Virus record (IMG/VR): IMGVR_UViG_3300047550_006202
Coordinates: 1 to 52,738 of that record
Reading direction: 5' to 3' (one strand)
DNA from: a virus
Taxonomy: Duplodnaviria; Caudoviricetes
DNA: 52,738 nt
In this document: positions 1-8,400 of the stretch, one piece after another
Position numbering within the stretch: position 1 is the stretch's first letter
Layout of the letters: each line of letters opens with the position of its first letter
Position numbers and translations under genes: made by a program
The notes under the pieces: generated by a model
What the model saw: only the letters and a program-made list of their open reading frames with translations
Told to the model about the DNA's origin: nothing
Databases searched by the model: none

Positions 1-1
1 C

Positions 2-154
2 CCCTACGCTGCACACGTCGCAAGGGAAATTGAACTCTTCTCGCGCAAGGACGGCATGGTATACCACTTCGTTGTGAAGGACTCTCTCGGTGACGATCCG
101 ATGCCAGAGATCGAAGCCAACTGTGTAATGTATTTTGAATTAGAAAAAGCCTAA
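2..154 (+). CDS. Partial hypothetical protein (3' end, runs off the window)
   Basis: Frame 2 is open from the window edge (PYAAHVAREIELFSRKDG...FELEKA) to TAA at 152-154. Codon style resembles the downstream small ORFs. Confidence 0.6.
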   Translation, partial: PYAAHVAREIELFSRKDGMVYHFVVKDSLGDDPMPEIEANCVMYFELEKA

Positions 155-166
155 CCAATAAGAGTC

Positions 167-373
167 ATGACAACGATAACCAAATTCAGCAGATACAAAG
201 ACAACCTCAGCATCATCAACGAGAACGGGGAGACCTACGTGCAGTCCTACTCATCGCGCGTGGCCAAAGTGGAGGGTCCCTTCCTACGCCAACTCGGTTG
301 GTGGAGCACAACCACACAGAAGCACATCAACTACGCTGCAAGCCAACTGGGACTGGAGTTGATCCGTAAGTGA
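167..373 (+). CDS. Small hypothetical phage protein (68 aa)
   Basis: ATG after an A-rich spacer; tightly packed with neighbours; contains WWSxTTxKHINY. Confidence 0.75.
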   Translation: MTTITKFSRYKDNLSIINENGETYVQSYSSRVAKVEGPFLRQLGWWSTTTQKHINYAASQLGLELIRK

Positions 374-399
374 GAACGAACCAAAAACAAGCAAAAGCC

Positions 400-555
400 A
401 TGAAAACAGTTTGGAAATCAGTATCGATCGAGGATCTCATCAAAGCTTTGCAAAAAGCACAAGACACGGGTGCAAAAACTGCCCAAGTCAACGGAACAGT
501 AATGGTTCCCGATAACGGCAATCTCATATTGATAAGTACAGAAAAACAATCGTAA
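400..555 (+). CDS. Small hypothetical protein
   Basis: The ORF track starts at GTG 370. The in-frame ATG at 400, after CAAAAACAAGCAAAAGCC, is the more plausible start. Confidence 0.6.
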   Translation: MKTVWKSVSIEDLIKALQKAQDTGAKTAQVNGTVMVPDNGNLILISTEKQS

Positions 556-577
556 ACGTAATCAACCAATAAAAGTT

Positions 578-985
578 ATGAAACAAGCCAACCTCAAACA
601 GCAACTCGAAGCCTTCAAAAACGGTCAGTTCCTAGAATCAGATGGAGCAGTAGACACCGGTTGCTTCAACTTCTACGACTGGTTCTGTAAGAACACCAGC
701 CTCAGGAACAAAGCGCGTCGACTCTTCGGTAACGTCAAGACTTTCCTCAAGCACAATCCCGATATCGATCAGACCAAGTATTACGTGTTCTTCAAGAACA
801 ACTGTTCTATGGCCTACGGACTTTACGACGACTTCAGGATCTGCGACATGGAAACTCAAGACGTGATTTGGAACGTGACGCCTAGGTCCGCCCACTCGGG
901 AATGGCCGAGGTGTGGGGCAGAGTCAACGATTTCAAAGCTCCGCTCAAACAGGCAGAAACTTTCAAAAAGCTGTTTAGCAACTAA
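578..985 (+). CDS. Hypothetical protein (135 aa)
   Basis: ATG after AATAAAAGTT; globular-looking sequence (FYDWFC, FFKNNC, LYDDFRI). Confidence 0.8.
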   Translation: MKQANLKQQLEAFKNGQFLESDGAVDTGCFNFYDWFCKNTSLRNKARRLFGNVKTFLKHNPDIDQTKYYVFFKNNCSMAYGLYDDFRICDMETQDVIWNVTPRSAHSGMAEVWGRVNDFKAPLKQAETFKKLFSN

Positions 986-989
986 CGCC

Positions 990-1118
990 ATGGATCACAA
1001 CTCGTTCAACGCTCTGTTCGTCGTGCTCGCAGTAATGTCTGCTGTATTCGTCCCCATATTAGCGAACAGGCATATTTATAGGCATGACAAAAGCAGAAAA
1101 AAAGTACAAAAGCCGTAA
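990..1118 (+). CDS. Possible small membrane protein (42 aa; not in ORF track)
   Basis: MDHNSFNALFVVLAVMSAVFVPILANRHIYRHDKSRKKVQKP: a hydrophobic helix and basic tail. Starts 4 nt after the previous stop. Confidence 0.45.
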   Translation: MDHNSFNALFVVLAVMSAVFVPILANRHIYRHDKSRKKVQKP

Positions 1119-1182
1119 GCGCATGCAGAGGGTCAATCGCAAGATCAACCAGCGAAAGGGCCTTCACCGTAAGCACACTTAA
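1084..1182 (+). CDS. Possible very basic 32-aa peptide (not in ORF track)
   Basis: MTKAEKKYKSRKRMQRVNRKINQRKGLHRKHT, with the ATATTTAT motif at 1072-1079 immediately upstream. Confidence 0.5.
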   Translation: MTKAEKKYKSRKRMQRVNRKINQRKGLHRKHT

Positions 1183-1210
1183 CATATTTATTGGTATAAA
1201 CTTAAAACAA

Positions 1211-1519
1211 ATGGCACGTCTAGACGAAGTAAAAAAACTACAAAAGATCGCAGGTATCCTGAAAGAGAACGTTAACGAAGGATTAGACAGTCCAAAGATA
1301 AGAATGGAGAAGGAAGGATCCGTATATCTAGTGAACTATAGCCTAGATACGGATGAGGGTGAATACATTGAGATGGATGGCACCATAGAAAACGGAGTAT
1401 TTAAGCCTGATTCTTTTGATAACGCTGCGAGTAAAGCTTGGTATGAGCAGAATAAAGATATTGTTGACGATCATATCAATTTCGAACTTGATCAAATGGG
1501 GTATAGCTATACTAAATAG
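1211..1519 (+). CDS. Hypothetical protein, probable internal head protein
   Basis: ATATTTAT at 1184-1191 upstream. N-terminal LQKIAGI followed by LKE/VNE, like other head-module proteins. Confidence 0.75.
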   Translation: MARLDEVKKLQKIAGILKENVNEGLDSPKIRMEKEGSVYLVNYSLDTDEGEYIEMDGTIENGVFKPDSFDNAASKAWYEQNKDIVDDHINFELDQMGYSYTK

Positions 1520-1523
1520 ACAT

Positions 1524-1554
1524 AAAAAAAGAAAGGGACTTCGGTCCCTTTTTT
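1524..1554. terminator. Bidirectional intrinsic terminator with a C(UUCG)G tetraloop
   Basis: A7-G-AAAGGGAC-TTCG-GTCCCTTT-TTT between convergent genes ending at 1519 (+) and 1580 (-). Confidence 0.9.
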
Positions 1555-1579
1555 ATTGCTCAAAATTCGCTGCTGGTCG

Positions 1580-2098
1580 TCACTTCAGTAACCCGTATAA
1601 CGTATCTATGGACCCGGAATTGTGATACTCTGGGTTAGACGGGTGCAGTTCTGGGTTTGCTTTAACGTCCCTCTTAAAGAACCTTCCTGCTATGGAATCG
1701 TTGTAGGCGTCGGTGTGTAGCACTTCCAACTTGAACTGCCAGTATTCTTCGTAGTAGGTCAATTGTTTCTTGGTGAAACACACCTCGAGTACCTCCTTGG
1801 TGAAGTGTTTCTGGCCCAGGGATTCTATGTCCCTAAGCAGCGGCACGTTGCTGCCGTTGTACTCGAGCCAATTGCTCTCTTTGACCACCTTCTTTTTCTT
1901 GGGTACCCGACCGGGTTTTTCCCACTCGGAGATCTCCTTTTTCGTGAGCTTCTTCGTGAGCCTGTTCTGTAGCGATTTTTTCCCTATGTATATCCTTCCG
2001 TTGGTTGTGTTCGTGATCATGTACACGAAACCGACTGCTTTATCTGGGAATTGGGATACGTCTGTTATTTCTTTACCTTTGTATAACCATTTGTTCAT
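1580..2098 (-). CDS. GIY-YIG family nuclease (Seg-like)
   Basis: GFVYMITNTTNGRIYIGKK (GIY-YIG variant), later YYEE and YND, matching the conserved E and N positions. Confidence 0.8.
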   Translation of the reverse strand: MNKWLYKGKEITDVSQFPDKAVGFVYMITNTTNGRIYIGKKSLQNRLTKKLTKKEISEWEKPGRVPKKKKVVKESNWLEYNGSNVPLLRDIESLGQKHFTKEVLEVCFTKKQLTYYEEYWQFKLEVLHTDAYNDSIAGRFFKRDVKANPELHPSNPEYHNSGSIDTLYGLLK

Positions 2099-2105
2099 GC
2101 GTTAC

Positions 2106-2804
2106 TTATTTAGTCATTAACTTGTTTAAGAGTTCTATGTGTCCCATACCTATGAAGAAGACACCGGTTTTGAATTTCTTTAGGAGTTTATTGTCTCTGT
2201 CAGAGTTGGCTTCGAAAGCCATCTCGAAAGCTGGACCGTTACCGTCTGGCCAATTGTCCCACATGTCCGATTCAACAGACTCTATGAAAGATGCTACGTT
2301 ATCGTCGGTCGCTTCCGCTTGAGAATCTTTGTAGTAATCCCTTCCCAACTTAGAGAAGAATTTGTTCATGAGGTCCTCGAACTCCTCTTTCGATTTATCC
2401 CTTATCGCCTCGTGCGCCCACTGCTTCCTGGAATTGAGCGCCTTTTCGAACACAGTCTTTCCTTTGACCGATGATACCTTTTGCACCGTGCTGTTCTCTG
2501 CTGTGTTGGAGAAGAGCGTGAATACGTATACGTACTCGTTCTTGATCTTCTCTGAGGATATCTCTTCGTCCCAGCTCCCTTCGTATTCTATGTCTCCGAA
2601 TAGCGGTTTCACGACTTCTTTGTCTCCGCCTCCGCCTTCGTACCAGTAACCGTACTTATCGCCGATCTTCTTTATCTTCTCGACTACATCTTTAGCAAGC
2701 GCGGGTTTTTTACCGTGTTCTAAACCGACAAAAGCACGAGACGCGTCGATGATGTAGGAATCGGTGACCTCCGCCTCCAGTAATATGTTCATTAGACTTA
2801 TCAC
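2106..2804 (-). CDS. Hypothetical protein, possible EreA/ChaN/Tiki(TraB)-fold; probable head protein
   Basis: Likely start is GTG at 2804 (MISLMNILLE), just downstream of the minus-strand ATATTTAT at 2809-2816. Motifs FVGLEH, WYEG, RD and FIGMGH. Confidence 0.65.
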   Translation of the reverse strand: MISLMNILLEAEVTDSYIIDASRAFVGLEHGKKPALAKDVVEKIKKIGDKYGYWYEGGGGDKEVVKPLFGDIEYEGSWDEEISSEKIKNEYVYVFTLFSNTAENSTVQKVSSVKGKTVFEKALNSRKQWAHEAIRDKSKEEFEDLMNKFFSKLGRDYYKDSQAEATDDNVASFIESVESDMWDNWPDGNGPAFEMAFEANSDRDNKLLKKFKTGVFFIGMGHIELLNKLMTK

Positions 2805-2815
2805 AGGTATAAATA

Positions 2816-3100
2816 TCAGCTGTCCCACTTGACCACGAAGGTCACATCAGTATTCGAAGGAATTGGATGAGGTGAGGATAGCTTACCGACCACAAGTAAT
2901 TCATTCGCTTCGTTGTATAGACCAATAGCCGTAGCGTAAGGTCTGAAATCCGATCCCGTAACGGCATCGATGTAAGATCCAGTTTCATCTGCTTTTGTAG
3001 CGCTGTTGTTTAGTGTGTAATTGAAATCGTTCTCGTAGACTCTGCACCTCACGATGTTTTCGTAAACTGTCGTCTCTGCTTGAAATGTTATGAATGCCAT
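2816..3100 (-). CDS. Baseplate/tail structural protein; stand-alone domain paralogous to the C-terminus of 10704..11744
   Basis: PYATAIGLYNEANELLVVGKLSSP matches TYITTVGMYNDNNDLLAVAKLSKP, and NDFNYT matches NEFNYT. Confidence 0.8.
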   Translation of the reverse strand: MAFITFQAETTVYENIVRCRVYENDFNYTLNNSATKADETGSYIDAVTGSDFRPYATAIGLYNEANELLVVGKLSSPHPIPSNTDVTFVVKWDS

Positions 3101-3123
3101 GTCAGTGCTTTTTTATAAATATA

Positions 3124-4446
3124 CTATCCACGGTATTCAGGATCACATCCCGAGTTGTAATCCGGGAATACGCCTGTACTAGTTAGATCGTTAACTGTAA
3201 ATATCTTGTATTGTTGTAAGTATTCCGGGTCTCCGCTTATATTATTACCCGTTACTCTATAATAGTGTTGACCGTCGGTAATTATCTCTCCTCCAACGAC
3301 ATTTCCGCCACCAAAACTATTGGCTGTTCTAAAAGGAATTGCACCTGTGACTTTCAATACACCGGCGTATTTTGTATACGGCGTAGTTCCTATGAAATAC
3401 CTTTCGTCGCCGCACTGCACTAACGCATAGTAATCGAATCCTGGAACGTTGGAAAGATACGTACTGTATCTAGTTGAACCAAGATACGTTTTGTCTACCG
3501 AATAAACCCAGTTTGGTCTATACCCGCCGATGTCTCTGACGTACAAATACGGGAAATCGTAAGTCGACGGGTTCGCTGAATACGTGCTATACCACGAATA
3601 ATCATCTTGGTCGTTGGTCATTCCAGGAATAGGTGCCTTGAATAGAAACTCTCCGTTTGATATGTATCCCAATCTGTTGTATCCAATTATGTTGGATTGA
3701 GTCATGCTCGCTACTTCCTCTATGCTGTTTCCCCCGATCAAATACATCGGTTTGTTTATCAAGAATGTACTTACTGTAGGGGTAGGGGTAGGAGTTGGGC
3801 TTCTAGTAACAGAAGGAGTTATCGTTGGAGTTCTAGAGATAGTGACTGTTATTGTCGGTGTAACTGGATTCGGTGTCATTGTCACCGTAGGGGTCACTGA
3901 TATGGTGGGAGTCACGCTTATTGTTTCAGTGGGTGTAGGAGTTAAACTCACTGTAGGGGTGACGCTTATTGTCGGACTAACTGTGACAGTTATGCTTGGA
4001 GTCTTAGAAGGAGTTCTTGAAACGGATACAGTTGGGGTAGTAGTAACCTCGGGAGTTCTACTTATTGATATGGTAGGCGTGAAAGTGACAGTGGGAGTCA
4101 CCGTGATGGTACTGCTAGGCGTTATGGTTACGGTAGGAGTTACCGTTATGGTAACGCTTATAGTAGGTGTTACAGGAGGATAACCAACCAAATAAGCGTC
4201 CGTCCAACTTACGCAGTCCGTACACTCCGTCTTTATTCTGACTATGGTGGTTCCGAATGGGACTATGTGGCTAGTGTATCCCGCTTCCAATTCTGCACGA
4301 CTCACACACTTCTGAAAAGGTTCTTTGAAATCGTCAGCGTCCGTATAGAGGTCGAAAGGCCCTCTCGGTCCTCTCGCGTCTCCAACGTAATCACCGAACG
4401 AAGCGACTATTTTTACTGAGTAGTTTGTGAATACTGAGAATGGCAT
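3124..4446 (-). CDS. Thr/Pro/Ser-repeat virion protein (fibre/appendage-like) 1
   Basis: N-terminal GPFDLYTD...AGY...VPFGT domain, central TPT[IV]S[VI] repeats, and a C-terminal aromatic-rich globular domain. Confidence 0.8.
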   Translation of the reverse strand: MPFSVFTNYSVKIVASFGDYVGDARGPRGPFDLYTDADDFKEPFQKCVSRAELEAGYTSHIVPFGTTIVRIKTECTDCVSWTDAYLVGYPPVTPTISVTITVTPTVTITPSSTITVTPTVTFTPTISISRTPEVTTTPTVSVSRTPSKTPSITVTVSPTISVTPTVSLTPTPTETISVTPTISVTPTVTMTPNPVTPTITVTISRTPTITPSVTRSPTPTPTPTVSTFLINKPMYLIGGNSIEEVASMTQSNIIGYNRLGYISNGEFLFKAPIPGMTNDQDDYSWYSTYSANPSTYDFPYLYVRDIGGYRPNWVYSVDKTYLGSTRYSTYLSNVPGFDYYALVQCGDERYFIGTTPYTKYAGVLKVTGAIPFRTANSFGGGNVVGGEIITDGQHYYRVTGNNISGDPEYLQQYKIFTVNDLTSTGVFPDYNSGCDPEYRG

Positions 4447-4459
4447 ATCTTTCTATTTT

Positions 4460-5404
4460 TTAGCAACACGTTCCACTATAAGTATTGGAGAACGTAATTG
4501 TCACGTCAGTGTCTCCGTAAGCTATTTGACTTATGTTATCAGTCACCTTCAATCTATATACAGCTGATCTAACACCTGGAGGAGTGGGATCACAATCTAC
4601 ACTAAGAATTGTTTGGAATCTTGTGCTATTGTTCGTAAACTGCAAAGGTTCTATATTTGTATCTCCGCTTACATATTCCCAAAGATACGTATAAGGTGCG
4701 TATCCGCCCGCAGCTGTTCCAGTAACGGCCTGCGTATCCGCGGGTGTACACGTACTACACAGACTACAACTGCTTGATCTAGACGATGCATCCATAGTTA
4801 GAGTGAGAGGCGGAGCAGTCGTTTGGCTAGGTGTTACTGATATCGTCTTTGTAGGAGTTATTGATATAGTAGGAGTTTGACTTATTGATATAGTCGGTGT
4901 CACAGATATAGTTTTAGTCACCGTAATAGTCGGAGTAACTGTGATTGTGGGAGTTATTGATATGCTGGGAGTAACAGATATTGTTTTAGTGAATGTGACG
5001 CTTATGGTAGGAGTTACGGAAATCGTTGGAGTTTGTGTCAACGAGATCGTAGGCGTAACGCTTATAGACGCTGTCCTACTTATAGTAGGAGTAGCTGTAA
5101 TGGATATCGTAGGAGTTATGCTCTTAGTAACTGTTATAGTAGGCGTAGGAGTCGCAGTAGGTGTCGGACTGGGTTGTACCACGTAAATGTTTGCGCAGTT
5201 TCTACAAGTTCCTTTGGAACACACCCTCAAACTGTTCGTGCCAGAGGGAACGAAGTTCAAAGTGTAACCAGAAAGGAGCTGATTCTTAGTAACGTCTGTA
5301 GCAAGAGGCGTACAAAATCCATCGAAATCCGTATAGATATCGAAGTAGTTACCGGTATCAGCTCCGGCGGTTGTGATCGTTATTAGTACGGATACTGTTG
5401 ACAT
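4460..5404 (-). CDS. Thr/Pro/Ser-repeat virion protein 2
   Basis: Same N-domain (FDIYTD...SGY...VPSGT), TPTIS repeats, and a C-terminal Ig/PKD-like GGYAPYTYLW...YRLKVTD domain. Confidence 0.8.
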   Translation of the reverse strand: MSTVSVLITITTAGADTGNYFDIYTDFDGFCTPLATDVTKNQLLSGYTLNFVPSGTNSLRVCSKGTCRNCANIYVVQPSPTPTATPTPTITVTKSITPTISITATPTISRTASISVTPTISLTQTPTISVTPTISVTFTKTISVTPSISITPTITVTPTITVTKTISVTPTISISQTPTISITPTKTISVTPSQTTAPPLTLTMDASSRSSSCSLCSTCTPADTQAVTGTAAGGYAPYTYLWEYVSGDTNIEPLQFTNNSTRFQTILSVDCDPTPPGVRSAVYRLKVTDNISQIAYGDTDVTITFSNTYSGTCC

Positions 5405-5443
5405 CTATTTATAAATACGTAATTTTTCATTTCAAAACTATAA

Positions 5444-8400
5444 TTAAATTTTTATACAAGCATTGGCGTTACAGTCTGCCACGTTATACACGGTTCCTAT
5501 GTTCGCTGGTGAAGTCGTTGTAGTGGTGCTAGTTATAGTGTAACATTCTAAACTGTTGTTAGGTACTCCAGTTGGATCAGAGAGCGTGTATACGCCTCCA
5601 ACGGTTAAGGAACTATCTGTTATCCATGTTGATGTTGTACCGTCGCTACATTTTGATACATCATAAGAGTTTCTAAATGGAAGCGTTCTCGTCGGAGATT
5701 TAGTGGGAGTTAACGTAGGAGTTCTTGTGAAAGTGATGGTAGGAGTGGGCGTCACACTTATAGTAGGAGTCACTGTAATGCTTATTGTCGGCGTGACACT
5801 TATTGTAAGCGTTTTAGTTAAACTTATTGTTGGCGTAACGCTTATAGATGCAGTCCTACTTATAGTAGGTGTAACTGTAATCGATATCGTAGGAGTAGCA
5901 GTGATACTTATCGTAGGAGTTTTAGTTATAGACGGGGTTGGAGTTGGAGGTATGTTACAACCCGTGCTTATAACAACAGTTACAGTGGTCTGGCCTATTA
6001 CGAATGTGCTTCCGTTGACGTAAGAACTTCCGTTAACTGTGACTTGATTTACCTTCGAGTAACCGTAAGAGGTTCCCACAGAACAGCCTGTTCCCACAGT
6101 ATCTCCGTTTACAAACTTAGCTCCGCTTTGTCCAGGCGTCCATACAATTCCGCCCCCTGCTCCCTGACCGGCTTGTGTATTGTCTCCGCCTAAGCAATTA
6201 CAGATATCAGTATCTGTTCCTCCAACCCAAACTGTTGCGTAAGATCCTGATACACTTATTTGTTCGCTAAGGGGATCAGACAGCGTCCACGTAAATCTTC
6301 CAGTGCCTCTGTTATAAGAAGTGTATGTTAAAGTAGCGTTATCCACATAATCAGACGTACTCGGTGTGACGGTGACAGTGATAGTGGGAGTAAGCGTAGG
6401 TGTTACACTTATTGTTGGAGTGAGCGTAGGAGTTCTAGTCGGTGTAGGAGTAGGAGCCAATACGCAGGCTGTGTTAATAGAAACTGTTACAGTCGACTGT
6501 CCATCTTGGGTTACCCAACTCTGACCGTTTGATTTCACGTCTCCAGTGGTTGATCCGTGATTTATGGTCATAGAATTATCCTTTGAATGAGCGTAAAGAT
6601 CGCTTATTCCAAGACCCACTGCGCTCTTTGTACCGGCCTCTCCAGATAACCACGTTACGGTAGATAGTATGTAAGATCCGCCTGCTGCGTTAACGCAACT
6701 ATTATCGCTGTAGCTAGTAATAGATGCGAAAGTTATCGTGATATCTTCCCCTACAGCTGAGCTGAGGTTGAAGTAGAACGTATCGTTTAGATTATTGAAA
6801 GACGCAAACGATAGTACTGCGTCCGTCGCGAAATCCGTAGGAGACGGTGTTGGACTTATAGATATTGTAGGAGTTACGGTTTGAGTCAGACTTATAGTTT
6901 TTGTAGGCGTTATACTAATGGTCGGAGTGACACTTATTGTCGGCGTTAAGCTTATCGTAGGAGTTAAGCTTATTGTTTGAGTTAAACTAATAGTAGGGGT
7001 TACTGAGATAGTAGGCGTTAGACTCTTGGTTTGAGTCAAACTTATTGTCGGGGTCAAACTCATCGTCTGAGTGAGACTTATGGTAGGTGTCAAACTTATT
7101 GTCGGGGTCAAACTCATGGTAGGTGTCAAACTCATAGTCTGAGTGAGACTTATGGTAGGTGTCAAACTCACTGTTTGAGTTAGACTTATTGTCGGAGTTT
7201 GAGTTATGCTTATCGTTGGAGTTAAACTAATAGTCTGTGTTACGCTAATCGTAGGCGTTACGCTAATTGTGGGAGTGAGACTGATTGTGACGCTTATCGT
7301 AGGTGTGACACTTATCGTAGGTGTGACGCTTATGGATTTAGTAACACTTATAGTTGGCGTTACAGTAATAGTAGGCGTCAAACTAACTGTAGGCGTCAAA
7401 CTAATTGTTTGAGTTAAGCTTATCGTAGGAGTCAAGCTTATTGTGGGAGTAAGACTTATAGTCTGAGTTACGCTAATCGTAGGAGTAGCGGTTATGCTTA
7501 TAGTTTTAGTAGGAGTGATGCTTATAGTAGGAGTAACTGTGATCGTTGGAGTCAAACTAACTGTAGGCGTCAAACTTATAGTCTTTGTGACGCTTATAGT
7601 AGGAGTTACGCTAATCGTAGGAGTAACAGTGATTGTCGCTGTGACAGTTATGGTTGGCGTTAAACTCTTTGTAGGAGTTTGACTTATCGTAGACGTTACG
7701 CTTATGGTTGGAGTAGCTGTGAGGCTTATTGTCGGAGTGAGACTCTTTGTGGGAGTCAAGCTTATGGTTGGAGTTACGCTTATAGTCGGCGTTACACTTA
7801 TAGTAGGAGTGACGCTGATTGTGGCAGTAACAGTTATAGTGGGAGTCAAGCTCTTTGTCGGCGTTACACTTATAGTGGCCGTTACCGATATCGTAGGAGT
7901 TCCTGTAATGCTGATGGTCGGAGTAACAGTAATAGTGGGCGTAACGCTGATTGTCTGTGTTAAGCTTATTGTAGGGGTCAAACTCTTTGTCGGTGTTAAG
8001 CTTATTGTAGGAGTTATGCTTATAGAAGCAGTTACACTTATACCGGGAGTTACGCTTATGCTTTGAGTCAGACTTATGGTCGGTGTTAAGCTTATTGTAG
8101 GAGTTAAGCTTACAGTTTTTGTTACGGTTATCGTAGGAGTGACTGTGATAGTAGGCGTCAAGCTCTTTGTGGGAGTTTGACTTATCGTTGGACTAACGCT
8201 TATAGTTGGCGTTTGAGATATCGTTGGAGTAACTGATATCGTCGAGGTGACAGTTATGGTCGGAGTTACTGTTATAGTCGGGGTGCTAGTTAACCCAGGA
8301 GTGCTGCTTATTGTAGCTGTTACGCTTATTGTCTGTGTTACACTAATTGTGGGAGTTGCTGTAACTGTGGGAGTTTGAGTGGGAGTTACAGATATCGTAG

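Noticed and set aside
1580-2098. GIY-YIG gene as a mobile homing endonuclease or intron
   Set aside because: It is free-standing at the operon end, interrupts no gene and shows no obvious C-terminal DNA-binding repeats, so mobility cannot be supported.
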